Assembly (NCBI GenBank): GCA_034002785.1 | Contig: JAVEZX010000003.1 | Location: 831-64,830 of the forward strand | Direction of reading: 5' to 3' | Source of the DNA: Bacteroidales bacterium | Lineage (GTDB): Bacteria > Bacteroidota > Bacteroidia > Bacteroidales > VadinHA17 | DNA: 64,000 nt | In this document: positions 27,993 to 38,500 of the stretch, piece after piece | Numbering within the stretch: position 1 is the stretch's first letter | How the letters are laid out: each line of letters opens with the position of its first letter | Made by a program: the position numbers and the translations under genes | Notes under the pieces: model-generated | Told to the model about the DNA's origin: nothing | Databases searched by the model: none | Seen by the model: only the letters and a program-made list of their open reading frames with translations

Positions 27993-28771
27993 CAGGCATG
28001 ATAAGAAAGTGGAGGCTGCTGGCGGTTATTGCCGTGCTGGCGGCCTCTGTTCTGATATTACCGGGCTGTGCTGAGCTGATGAAAGTAATTCAGACTGCGT
28101 CAGTGGTAAAGCAACTGACGGAGGGCGACATAATCGGCGGCCTGAAGGAGGCTTTGACAGTCGGAGCGCGTAATGCCGCCGGGAAGCTGGCATCAGAGAA
28201 CGGTTATTACAGTGACCCGGCTGTGAAGATACCGCTGCCTGAAGAGGCAAGGGTAATAATTGAAAACATCGGGAAGATTCCGGGAGGGCAGCAGCTCATT
28301 GAAAATGTGATACTTAGCATTAACAGGGCCGCTGAAGATGCCGCCAGGGAGGTTGCCCCCATCTTCGTGAATTCAGTGGTGCAAATGACAATCACGGACG
28401 GTTACAACATCCTTCACGGAGAAGACAACGCCGCCACATCATACCTCAGAAGCACCACTCAGGAGGAGCTCTACACTCTCTACAGGCCAAAAATCAGTGC
28501 ATCAACAGGTAAGGAGATAGTAGCAGGCATCTCAGCCCGGGAGTCATGGACCACCCTGACCGACAAATGGAACAGTGTGGCCAACAGTGTTGCAGGAAAG
28601 ATTGCAGGGTTCAAGCCTGTCAATACTGATCTTGACGATTTTCTGACCAGGAAAGCACTGGAAGGCGTTTTCCTTAAGATGGAAGGCGAAGAGCTGAGAA
28701 TCAGGAAAGAGGTTGATGCAAGAGTCACACCACTGCTCAGAAAAGTATTCGGGACACTCGATCAACAGTGA
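27989..28771 (+). CDS. DUF4197-like lipoprotein
   Basis: Lipobox LILPGC. GGLKEALTVGARNAAGKLASENGY is similar to my recollection of DUF4197. Confidence 0.55.
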   Translation: MTGMIRKWRLLAVIAVLAASVLILPGCAELMKVIQTASVVKQLTEGDIIGGLKEALTVGARNAAGKLASENGYYSDPAVKIPLPEEARVIIENIGKIPGGQQLIENVILSINRAAEDAAREVAPIFVNSVVQMTITDGYNILHGEDNAATSYLRSTTQEELYTLYRPKISASTGKEIVAGISARESWTTLTDKWNSVANSVAGKIAGFKPVNTDLDDFLTRKALEGVFLKMEGEELRIRKEVDARVTPLLRKVFGTLDQQ

Positions 28772-28846
28772 CGCTGCATGATCTCCTGTCCTGCATAGGT
28801 ATAAAAGTTGTTTCCCCTTTTTTTATAATTGCAAAAAATAATCAAA

Positions 28847-29758
28847 ATGAGAAAATCTGTAATTGCATTCATTGTATTTGTAGTGATAGCCGGATTTCAG
28901 ACTGAGGCTAACGGCCAGGCTGCCGATACAACTCTTGGCTGGCACAAAAGCGGGGTCTTCTCCCTGAATATGGCCCAGGCATCATTTACCAACTGGGCAG
29001 CCGGCGGACAGAATTCGGTGGCTCTCAACGGACTGATAAACCTGGCTGCAAACCTCAGGAACGAAAAGTCGGGCTGGGATAACGCCCTCACAATCGGCTA
29101 TGGAAAGATGCTCCAGAAGGGTAATGACCTGGGATGGGTCAAGACAGATGACCGCATAGACTTCCAGTCGAAGTACGGGCAAAAGGCTTCCGAAAAATGG
29201 TTCTATTCCGGACTGATGAGTTTCAGGACTCAGATGGACGACGGATACAATTACCCTGACACCGAAAACAAGATATCCGGGCTGCTTTCGCCGGCATACC
29301 TGCTCTTCTCCCTGGGTATGGACTACAAGCCGAACCCACAGTTTTCGATGTTCCTCTCCCCTGTTACATCCAAGAACACAATAGTCATGGATGATGACCT
29401 CTCTGCAATAGGCGCCTTCGGGGTCGAGCCGGGGAAGAAGTTCAGGCCTGAGCTGGGTGCCTATGCCAACATCGCGTACAAGAAGGACGAGATAGTAAAA
29501 AATGTAAATTTCCTTACCAAGCTTGACCTCTTCACCAATTACCTGAAGAATCCCCAGAATATTGACATCAGCTGGGAGGCTCTGCTGGTTATGAAGGTAA
29601 ACGAGTTCATTTCAGCAACCGTGAACACTCATCTGCTGTATGATGATGATATTCTCATTAAGATTGACGAAGGTTATGAGGGTGAGCCAATTATGGGCAA
29701 GCGCGCTCAGTTCAAGGAGGTGATTGGCGTTGGTCTGACATACAAGTTCATAAAGTAA
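28847..29758 (+). CDS. DUF3078-like outer-membrane beta-barrel protein
   Basis: Signal peptide, SLNMAQASFTNWAAGGQNS (the NWAAGG motif), alternating beta-strand-like pattern, and a C-terminal ...GLTYKFIK. I chose ATG 28847; the track uses TTG 28829. Confidence 0.65.
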   Translation: MRKSVIAFIVFVVIAGFQTEANGQAADTTLGWHKSGVFSLNMAQASFTNWAAGGQNSVALNGLINLAANLRNEKSGWDNALTIGYGKMLQKGNDLGWVKTDDRIDFQSKYGQKASEKWFYSGLMSFRTQMDDGYNYPDTENKISGLLSPAYLLFSLGMDYKPNPQFSMFLSPVTSKNTIVMDDDLSAIGAFGVEPGKKFRPELGAYANIAYKKDEIVKNVNFLTKLDLFTNYLKNPQNIDISWEALLVMKVNEFISATVNTHLLYDDDILIKIDEGYEGEPIMGKRAQFKEVIGVGLTYKFIK

Positions 29759-29781
29759 GCCGATAGCTAAAAACCTTTCAG

Positions 29782-30423
29782 ATGAAGAGCATAACCTTTC
29801 TTGCCATGATGATGCTTATTACAGGTAGTCTCTGCGCCCAGACATTGCAGGACATCAAACTGAATGCGCCTGACATGGAGCGGGGACTGACAATAATGAA
29901 GGCTTTTGAAAAAAGAGCCTCAGCAACATCTTTCAGCTCCAGGGAGCTGTCGCTGCAGGATCTGTCAGACCTGCTGTGGGCTTCACTTGGCGTCAACAGG
30001 CCTGAAAGCGGTAAGAGGACAGCTCCCACGGCTGTCAATGCACAGGATATAGACATCTACGTTTTGATGAAGTCCGGAGCATACTTTTACGATGCCAAAA
30101 ATCATATTCTCAAGGGTATCGCAGCAGGTGACAACCGCAAGCTTGTTTCTGAACGGCAGACCAATTTTGCCAATGCACCGGTCATGATGGTCCTTGTATC
30201 AGAGATATCCAGGTTCAGAGGTGATGACAACACCCGCAAGCTAAGCTGGGCATCAATGGATGCCGGGATAGTTTCGCAGAATATCTCCGTTTTCTGTGCG
30301 GGAACAGGACTTGTAACCCGTCCCCGGGCATCAATGGATGTGGAGGGGCTCAGTAAGCTGCTCTCGCTCTCAGCAACGCAGCAGCCACTTCTGAACAATC
30401 CGGTAGGTTATCCGAACGAATAG
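29782..30423 (+). CDS. nitroreductase-family protein with an N-terminal signal peptide
   Basis: [20 protein letters not shown] is followed by [30 protein letters not shown] and [15 protein letters not shown], typical of the nitroreductase fold. Confidence 0.7.
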   Translation: MKSITFLAMMMLITGSLCAQTLQDIKLNAPDMERGLTIMKAFEKRASATSFSSRELSLQDLSDLLWASLGVNRPESGKRTAPTAVNAQDIDIYVLMKSGAYFYDAKNHILKGIAAGDNRKLVSERQTNFANAPVMMVLVSEISRFRGDDNTRKLSWASMDAGIVSQNISVFCAGTGLVTRPRASMDVEGLSKLLSLSATQQPLLNNPVGYPNE

Positions 30424-30436
30424 GCAGGGCATCAGT

Positions 30437-31057
30437 ATGCTTAAGCTAATCAACCATCCCCTGATAACGCATAAATTGTCGCTGATCAGGAGAAAAGAGA
30501 CCGGCACAAGGGATTTCCGGCAGAATGTAAATGAGATAGCCGGCCTGATGGCCTATGAGATAACACGTGATCTGCCGCTCCGCGAGGTGGTGATTGACAC
30601 GCCTCTCTCCTCCTGTGTCACCTCAGAGTTGTCAAGGGAGATAATACTTGTGCCTGTGCTTCGGGCCGGGCTGGGGATGGTAGACGGCATTACCAGCCTG
30701 ATCACTACCGCCAGGGTGGGTCACATAGGTCTTGTGCGTGACCATGAGACACTGGAGCCCACCGAATACTATGCCAAATTTCCTGCGGATATATCGGGTG
30801 CCGTGGTTATGGTGCTGGATCCGATGCTTGCCACCGGTGGCAGTGCCAGTGCAGCCATCGGGGCGGTAAAGAAGAGAGGTGCAGTGACTATCAGGCTGGT
30901 ATGTATCGTAGGGGCTCCGGAAGGGGTGAGAAGGGTTGAAAATGAACATCCTGATGTAGATATCTACCTTGCAGCCATCGACAGTCATCTCAATGATAAT
31001 GGCTATATCGTTCCCGGACTCGGAGATGCGGGTGACAGGCTCTTTGGTACGGTTTAG
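30437..31057 (+). CDS. upp: uracil phosphoribosyltransferase
   Basis: 206 aa with [12 protein letters not shown], the PRPP loop [14 protein letters not shown], and a C-terminal [16 protein letters not shown]. Confidence 0.9.
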   Translation: MLKLINHPLITHKLSLIRRKETGTRDFRQNVNEIAGLMAYEITRDLPLREVVIDTPLSSCVTSELSREIILVPVLRAGLGMVDGITSLITTARVGHIGLVRDHETLEPTEYYAKFPADISGAVVMVLDPMLATGGSASAAIGAVKKRGAVTIRLVCIVGAPEGVRRVENEHPDVDIYLAAIDSHLNDNGYIVPGLGDAGDRLFGTV

Positions 31058-31100
31058 TTTGCTATATTCGCGGATCAATTAATACATATAAGTGAGGGTT

Positions 31101-32375
31101 ATGGGACTTAAACGCCGGCTGATAATCATGAATTTCCTCCAGTTCTTTATGTGGGGGGCATGGATGATGACTCTGGGTCATTACGGGTTCGTGGAGAAAC
31201 AATGGAACGGTGCTGAGTTTGGCCTGGTCTTCTCAACCATGGGCTTCGCGTCACTGATTATGCCCACCTTGTTCGGGATTATTGCCGATAAATGGAAGGC
31301 AAATTATGTCTACGCTATACTTCACCTGTTGTTCGGGGCAACAATGTGCTTCCTGCCACTGATTGAAGCGCCACTACCCTTCTTCTGGCTTCTGCTGCTT
31401 GCGATGTGCTTCTATATGCCGACAATCGGCCTGGATAACTCCATCGGTTTCAGGCTGCTGAAAAGAGAAGGGAAAGAGCCCACAGAATACTTCCCGCCAA
31501 TCCGGGTGTGGGGTACGGTAGGCTTTATCATCGCCATGTGGGTGACAAACTTCTTCACCAAACCATGGGGTCTGGGATTTAGCATAAAAGTCTCTTTCAT
31601 TATTGCAGCTGTTTCTGCATTCTGCCTGGCTATCTTTTCATTCTTCATGTTACCGGCTGTAAATAAAGTAGAAAGTGATACTACTGAAAAGAAAACTCTG
31701 GTTCAGAGACTGGGGTTAAACGCATTCGTGCTGTTCCGGCAAAAGAAAATGCTGTTGTTTTTTATCTTCAGCATGCTGCTGGGCGGCGCCCTTCAGCTGA
31801 CCAATGCCTACGGCGACAGTTTTCTCCAGGATGCCACTGTCTTCCCGAAAGGGGGACTCATTAATAACTTCTCCACTATAATACTCTCAATATCACAGAT
31901 ATCCGAAACACTGTTTATCCTTTCGATTCCTTTCTTCCTGAGGTATTTCGGGATCAAGAAAGTGATGCTCTTCAGTATGGCAGCCTGGGTGCTCCGTTTC
32001 GCCCTGTTCGGTCTGGCCGGCAATACGGTCACCGGTTTTATACTGATTATCACCTCCTGCATTGTTTACGGAATGGCATTTGATTTCTTCAATATATCGG
32101 GAGCCCTGTTTGTGGAAAAAAACACTGACTCAAAGATCACTGCTTCGGCACAGGGTGTTTTTATGCTGATGACCAACGGGATAGGCGCCGTGCTTGGAAA
32201 TCTGATTGCCGGGCAGGCTATCAGAAGGTGGTTTGAAGACCCGGTAAGTCTCGTCAAAGACTGGCCTGGTATCTGGATGTCGTTTGCCGCTTATGCCCTG
32301 GTGGTTGCCATTCTCTTCGCCGTTCTGTTCAGACACAAGCACGTACCGGAGGAGACAGCTGTCATAAGTCATTGA
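31101..32375 (+). CDS. MFS nucleoside:H+ symporter family permease (NupG/XapB-like)
   Basis: The N-terminal MNFLQFFMWGAWMMTLG is typical of this family, and the protein has 12 helices. Start is uncertain among GTG 31092, ATG 31101 and ATG 31128. Confidence 0.7.
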   Translation: MGLKRRLIIMNFLQFFMWGAWMMTLGHYGFVEKQWNGAEFGLVFSTMGFASLIMPTLFGIIADKWKANYVYAILHLLFGATMCFLPLIEAPLPFFWLLLLAMCFYMPTIGLDNSIGFRLLKREGKEPTEYFPPIRVWGTVGFIIAMWVTNFFTKPWGLGFSIKVSFIIAAVSAFCLAIFSFFMLPAVNKVESDTTEKKTLVQRLGLNAFVLFRQKKMLLFFIFSMLLGGALQLTNAYGDSFLQDATVFPKGGLINNFSTIILSISQISETLFILSIPFFLRYFGIKKVMLFSMAAWVLRFALFGLAGNTVTGFILIITSCIVYGMAFDFFNISGALFVEKNTDSKITASAQGVFMLMTNGIGAVLGNLIAGQAIRRWFEDPVSLVKDWPGIWMSFAAYALVVAILFAVLFRHKHVPEETAVISH

Positions 32376-32426
32376 TAATTTTTCAGGCTTACAGTGTCCG
32401 GAACACATAGATGTTTCAGGGACCTG

Positions 32427-33293
32427 TCAACCAAGCAATATCAGGCTGAGGCCGATCACAATCATACCGCTTATGAGACCATAGATGGCTACATGATGCT
32501 TGCCATACTTGTGCGCAGCGGGCAACAATTCATCAAACGAGATATAAACCATGATTCCTGCCACCATGGCAAAGACATATCCCAGGCTCACGTCAGTCTT
32601 GAAGAGAGTGAGTATAAAATAGCCGGCGAATGCGCCTATCGGCTCTGAAAAACCTGACAGTATTGACCATGTCAGAGCCTTTCTCCTGGAGCCGGTAGCA
32701 TAATAGACAGGTACGGATACAGCAATTCCTTCAGGTATATTATGAATGGCAACAGCCACTGCAATGCTCACACCCACAGTCACATCAGACATTGCCGACA
32801 TAAAGGTGGCCATCCCCTCGGGGAAGTTATGGATTCCGATTGCCACGGCAGTAAATATTCCCAGCCGCATCAGTTTCTGGTCTCTGATACCTTGCCGGCC
32901 CCGGGCATGCATCTTTCTTCCCTGGCATTCAGGCTTGTCTGGATCACGGGTCTCAGGATGCATCTGCTCCACTCTTTTCAGCTCGTGGGGGTTACCCTCT
33001 GAGGGGAGGATCTTATCTATCGCAGCGGACAAACCTATGCCTGCAACGAATGAGATAAAGGTGAGCCAGGCTGCAGTATCCTTATCATAGGCCATCTGCA
33101 TTAATTGTCCGGCTTCCGTCAGAATCTCAGTAAATGATATGAAGACCATCACTCCAGCTGAAAACCCAAGTGAGAATGCGAGAAATGTTGTCTTGGTGCG
33201 TTTGGCAAAGAAAGCGATCAATCCTCCTATCCCGGTGGCGAGGCCTGCAAAGAGAGTGATGCCAAATGCAAAAAGGAGCCGGGAGCTATCCAT
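32427..33293 (-). CDS. zupT: ZIP-family zinc transporter
   Basis: AIGIHNFPEGMA and AIHNIPEGIAVSVP motifs, with a His/charged cytoplasmic loop. Confidence 0.85.
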   Translation of the reverse strand: MDSSRLLFAFGITLFAGLATGIGGLIAFFAKRTKTTFLAFSLGFSAGVMVFISFTEILTEAGQLMQMAYDKDTAAWLTFISFVAGIGLSAAIDKILPSEGNPHELKRVEQMHPETRDPDKPECQGRKMHARGRQGIRDQKLMRLGIFTAVAIGIHNFPEGMATFMSAMSDVTVGVSIAVAVAIHNIPEGIAVSVPVYYATGSRRKALTWSILSGFSEPIGAFAGYFILTLFKTDVSLGYVFAMVAGIMVYISFDELLPAAHKYGKHHVAIYGLISGMIVIGLSLILLG

Positions 33294-33325
33294 TAAAAAT
33301 CGTTATTTAGATTTTGTTTAAATTC

Positions 33326-33333
33326 CAAATTTA
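33326..33333 (-). promoter_or_regulatory. Bacteroidota-type -7 promoter box for zupT
   Basis: The minus strand reads taaatttg, a perfect TAnnTTTG, with 32 nt between the box and the zupT ATG at 33293. Confidence 0.45.
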
Positions 33334-33411
33334 TAAGAATAACGGTAAAAACAGCATGAAGAACATCAGTACTGACAAAAAAATGTCCTTATTTAGAGAT
33401 AACGTTTGAAG

Positions 33412-34005
33412 ATGAACCTCTGGGACTATTACAGGATACTTGGCATCAGGCAGGGTGCCTCAGAAGATGAGATCAGGAGAGCCTACAGGAAGAAGGCAAT
33501 GGAGTACCATCCTGACCGCAATCATTCTCCTGAGGCAGAGGAGATATTCATCCGTGTGACCGAAGCTTATGAATACCTGACGTCGCATCCGCACGGCAGG
33601 AATATTAGAGAGGAAGAGGTGCGCAGGAATTACCAGGCATGGGTAAATTACCGGCAGGCTGAGGCAAGGAAGCGGGCCGAGGCATATGCCAGGGCCACCT
33701 ATGCCGAATTCAGGAAGAGTCCTGTTTACAGGAGCACGACACATATTGACGGGTTGATGGTTCTTCTTGGGATTGTGCTCTCAGGAACAGTCATGTTTCT
33801 CACTATTTACGGTTTCAGGTACAGGTTGAGTACAGCCATGGGGCCGAAGGAAGAACCTTCATTTGCTCTTGCTGCTGTAACCTTCATCGTAGGACTGGCG
33901 TACGCGGTCATTTCGGTTCTTTACCTCTCAGCCTGGCTGGCTCAGCAGAAAAAGAAAAAGCAACTGTCAAATGAAAGAAAGAAGGAAAATCAGGAATCCG
34001 TTTAA
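33412..34005 (+). CDS. J-domain (DnaJ-like) membrane protein
   Basis: [33 protein letters not shown] contains the HPD motif. Two C-terminal hydrophobic helices follow. Confidence 0.75.
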   Translation: MNLWDYYRILGIRQGASEDEIRRAYRKKAMEYHPDRNHSPEAEEIFIRVTEAYEYLTSHPHGRNIREEEVRRNYQAWVNYRQAEARKRAEAYARATYAEFRKSPVYRSTTHIDGLMVLLGIVLSGTVMFLTIYGFRYRLSTAMGPKEEPSFALAAVTFIVGLAYAVISVLYLSAWLAQQKKKKQLSNERKKENQESV

Positions 34006-34483
34006 ACCTGATGATTACATGTGTTTCGGGTGTTCTCCCGGCAATCATGTCGGGCTGAAGCTTACATTCGAGGAGGATGATGAGAAGCTGTATGCCTCAT
34101 GGCAACCTGATCCGGTTTTCCAGGGGTATCTCAATGTGCTGCACGGCGGGATCATTGCAACGCTTCTTGATGAGGCAGGAGCATGGTGCGTTTATGTCAA
34201 GGCAGGCACTTCAGGCGTTACCGCCTCACTGACTGTCAGGTATCTCAAACCTGTCTATATCAGCAAAGGGAAGGTATCTGTAGAAGCCAGACTGGTAACG
34301 AAGGGAGAGAAGAACGCACTGTTGTCGGCCTCGTTGTTTGACGGTGAAGGGAAGCTCTGTGCAGAGGCTGATCTTGATTATTTCATTTATCCGGAACAGA
34401 TAGCCCGCCGCCGTTTTTATTATCCGGGAACAGAGGCATTCAGGTTTCAATCCGGGCAGCAGGCACCACAGAGTGATCAGTGA
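33971..34483 (+). CDS. PaaI/hotdog-fold thioesterase
   Basis: [14 protein letters not shown] followed by [17 protein letters not shown] is typical of PaaI-type thioesterases. It overlaps the previous gene by 35 nt; an alternative start is ATG 34019. Confidence 0.7.
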   Translation: MKERRKIRNPFKPDDYMCFGCSPGNHVGLKLTFEEDDEKLYASWQPDPVFQGYLNVLHGGIIATLLDEAGAWCVYVKAGTSGVTASLTVRYLKPVYISKGKVSVEARLVTKGEKNALLSASLFDGEGKLCAEADLDYFIYPEQIARRRFYYPGTEAFRFQSGQQAPQSDQ

Positions 34484-35465
34484 ATTCGGACCGGAGGTAT
34501 TTGTAATAACCAGTAATACCAATCATTGCGGCATTATCAGTCGTATATCTGAACTCCGGAAGGAAGAGATTCCAATCGCGTTTTTCCGCCTCCAGTGTGG
34601 CTGCTTTTCTTAGGCCTGCATTGGCCGATACTCCTCCGGCAATGCCGATCTCCCTTATTCCGGTCTCTTTTGAAGCTCTAACCAGCTTGGCTATAAGGAT
34701 TTCAATGATTGTGCGCTGCAATGAGGCAGCCAGGTCATTAAGACTGGCAGCGATAAATCCGGGGTCTTCTCCCACCCTGTCCCTAAGAAAATAGAGGAAG
34801 CTGGTTTTAAGGCCCGAGAAGCTGAAATTGAGTCCCTGTATTCTCGGTTTTGCAAAGCGAAATGCATCAGGGTTGCCCTGGGCAGCCAGCTTGTCTATCA
34901 CCGGTCCGCCGGGATACGGCAGGCCCATCACCTTTGCGCACTTGTCGAAGGCCTCTCCGGCAGCGTCGTCAATAGTATTTCCTATCAGTTCCATTGAGAG
35001 ATGGTCACGGATAACTATAAGCTGGGTATGTCCCCCGGATACGAGCAGGCAGAGGAACGGGAATCCCGGGATGCGGTTTTCCCTGCCATGTTCCAGTATG
35101 AAATGAGACATAACGTGAGCCTGCAGGTGGTTTACCTCTATCAGCGGGATGTTTTGAGCCATAGCGAATCCTTTGGCAAATGATGTACCTACGAGGAGTG
35201 AACCAAGCAGTCCAGGTCCCCGGGTGAATGCCACGGCACTTATCTGATCAGCTCTCTTGCCTGCTGCAGCCAGTGCCCTGTCTACCACCGGAACAATGTT
35301 TGCCTGGTGAGCTCTTGATGCCAGTTCCGGCACCACCCCGCCGTAAGCCTGGTGCACTGCCTGGTTGGCAATCAGGCTGGATAGGACGAAGCCATCGCTG
35401 ATAACAGCTGCCGAGGTATCATCACAGGACGATTCTATCGCGAGGATCGTAATTTCTGGTGCCAT
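34440..35465 (-). CDS. tsaD: tRNA N6-adenosine threonylcarbamoyltransferase
   Basis: ILAIESSCDDTSAAV, HQAYGGVVPELASRAH, LLVSGGHTQL and GIAGGVSAN are Kae1/TsaD hallmarks. Confidence 0.95.
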   Translation of the reverse strand: MAPEITILAIESSCDDTSAAVISDGFVLSSLIANQAVHQAYGGVVPELASRAHQANIVPVVDRALAAAGKRADQISAVAFTRGPGLLGSLLVGTSFAKGFAMAQNIPLIEVNHLQAHVMSHFILEHGRENRIPGFPFLCLLVSGGHTQLIVIRDHLSMELIGNTIDDAAGEAFDKCAKVMGLPYPGGPVIDKLAAQGNPDAFRFAKPRIQGLNFSFSGLKTSFLYFLRDRVGEDPGFIAASLNDLAASLQRTIIEILIAKLVRASKETGIREIGIAGGVSANAGLRKAATLEAEKRDWNLFLPEFRYTTDNAAMIGITGYYKYLRSEFTDHSVVPAARIET

Positions 35466-35518
35466 TTTTGTATCACTCTTTTTTATAACTTCGCCTGCAG
35501 CGGGAATTTCATTGTTGA

Positions 35519-38500
35519 ATGGCCAAAATTATTAAAAAAATCGTCAGGGTCCTTCTCATCATAACCGGTGTGCTGATTATGGTGCCTGTTATTCTCTTCC
35601 TGCTGCTGAGGGCCCCGCGTATCCAGACATTTGCGGTAAACAAGATTGCGACGGTTATCTCAGGCAAGACTGGCGGCGAGATCAGTCTGGGCCGTGTCTC
35701 CTATTCGCTGTGGCATGAGATAATTCTGAATGATATACTGTTCAGGGACCTGAGAGGAGATACTCTCCTTGCTGCTGAACGGCTTGACGTGAGGCTCAGG
35801 GAAATAAGGCCCGGTCGAAATATCTACAGGTTCGGAAGGGTTGATCTGTACAAGCCTGATTTCAGGATGGTGCAGGACACTGCCGGTATCATGAACCTGA
35901 CGGAATACCTCAGGATACTTAAGCGGGAGGGTGAAGCTGACAGCACGAAGAGGATCGAGATCAGACTGGCAGATATTGACATCTTCGACGGCTCCTTCCT
36001 GCTCCATAATGAATCTGACACTGCAGGAGTAATTCCGGGAAGTGTAAATTTCAAGAAGATGCAGATAGGGCAGATCAACGGCAAGATCCGTGACCTGCTC
36101 ATCAATCCCGACTCTGTAAGCATGGTGCTCCGGGGTATAAGCTTCGCAGAGGCGGGAGGATTCACCGCCAGAAGCATTGACATGAACCTGGCGGTTCAGC
36201 AGAGTGACCTGAGTTTCAGGGAGATTGACGTAATCACGGACTCCAGCTCCATCTCAGCTGAGAAGATTCTGCTGATGCCCGCGGATACGGCTTCGTGGAG
36301 AGATTTCATTAACGGTGTGAGGATGGACCTCCTTTTCAACAGGTCAGCAATACATACATCGGATCTCGCATATTTTGTCAGGCCGATCTATGGCGTGAAT
36401 GAAACCATCAGGATGTCCGGCCGTGTAAGCGGTACGGTGGCTGCAATGAAGGGAAGAAACATTCTCATTGATTATGCATCGGCAACCAGGCTAAGGTTTG
36501 ATTTTGACATTACCGGACTGCCGGTGCTTTCAGACAGTTATCTTTTCATCGACTTCACTGACATGAAGACCAGCGCGGAGGATGCAGAAAGCTTTTATCT
36601 CCCGGGCAAGAAACCTCTGCAGCTGCCTGCCGTTGTCCATGACCTGGGAATCATCTCATACCAGGGAAGTTTCACCGGCTTCACAACTGACTTCGTCTCT
36701 TTCGGGAAGCTCACCACCGAGCGCGGGACTTTTTCAACGGACCTGTCGCTAAGGCCTGACGGCAGGAACACCTTCGGTTTCAGGGGTTCACTGAGGACAA
36801 GTGATGTGGACCTGGGTTTCATGGCTAAGAACGATAAGATGTTCGGCGGGCTGTGGATGCATGCGGAAATTGACGGTTCGATGGAGTCGTTCAAACGGTT
36901 GTCAGCAACCATAAATGGCGTCGTTGACAGTGTGGAGATAAATGATTATCTCTACAGAAACATCAGTATATCAGGAACATATGCCGACAGGGTCTGGGAC
37001 GGGAGTGTCGTTGTCAGGGAGCCAAACATAGAGATGGATCTGATGGGCAGGTTCGACCTTGAGAAAACAAAGCCCGAGTTTGATTTCAGCATGAACCTGG
37101 CCCATGCCGATCTGCATACACTTAAGCTCATAAGGAAGGATTCTGTTTTCACTGCTTCAGCCCTTGTAACGGCAAACTTCAGGGGCAACCGTATTGACAA
37201 TCTTGAGGGAGATCTCAGGCTGATAAATTCAACCCTGGAAAACTCAAACGGGAAACTGAGCATATATGATTTCCTTGTCAGGTCATCTGTCGTCGGGGGT
37301 GAGCCATTGCTGAGCCTCAGATCTGACTTCATCGATGCCGAGGTCAGGGGACTCTATACTTTCGATGCTATCGGGAGAAGTGTTTCCGGAATGCTGGCAG
37401 GGATCTTCCCGTCAAAGTTCACGCAGCCGGTGCCGAAACAGGAAGCTACTGCCTCCGAGGCAATGTTTACGGTTGATGCACGCATTAAAAAGGCAGACAG
37501 GCTGAATGCTTTTCTCGGGACCGGATTAAGCATATCCGAGGGTACGAGTCTGACAGGCCACTTCTGGTCGGACAGTCCTGAGATGACTGCAGAGGTCAAG
37601 GCCGGTGCAATCACCTATGCCGGCTTGCGGATGGGACAGATGAACATGAAAGGCAGGGTAACCGGAGAAAAAGTTACCGTTGAGGTTACCGCCGACACGC
37701 TTCTGCTGCCCGATAAATCTGAGCTAAACAATTTCATTCTGGGGTTAGTGGGCAAAGGCGACACTGTTGATCTTGCAATGGAGTGGGACAACAGGGATGA
37801 CGGCCGGACTCTCGGGGAGGTAAAGGCACGGGGCTTCTTCAGCATAAACGAAATGAACATGCCGGTAATGACAGTTGCCGTGCTGCCGGCCGGTGTCACG
37901 GTAAACCGCGTACCGTGGAACATAAGTCCGGCAAGAATCGTGATTGATTCCACCAGTACATTTTTTGACAATATCCTCGTAAGCAGCAGTACAAATTACA
38001 TCAGGCTTGACGGGAAGCTTTCAAGAGAGGCGGAAGAGAGGCTGTCACTGAGCTTCGCAGGACTCAACATGTCATACCTCAACAACCTTATATCCCCGGG
38101 TCCGGACAATACGGAAGAACAGCCCCTGATGAGCTTTGACGGTTTGATGAGGGGAAGCATAACGCTCTCGGACGTATATAATGACCTGCTCTTCGAGAGC
38201 AGTATCACTGTTTCGGACTTCAGGATGAATGATCACAACTACGGGTTGGTGTCAATCAGCAGTGAGTGGGATCCCAGGAGAAAAGTGGCTGTAATAGATG
38301 TTAGCAACGATTTTGCGGGACGCAAGTCCATTGACATAAAAGGCAGCTACGCTCCTGCCGGCAGGATGGCTGACATTGCCGTAAGCACCTTCGATCTGCC
38401 GCTTGACATTCTGAATCCTTTCGTAAAGGCTTTTGCTTCTGATGTCAGGGGTCTGGCAACAGGTACCATCAGGCTTAGAGGCAAGCTCAAGCAGCTCGAG

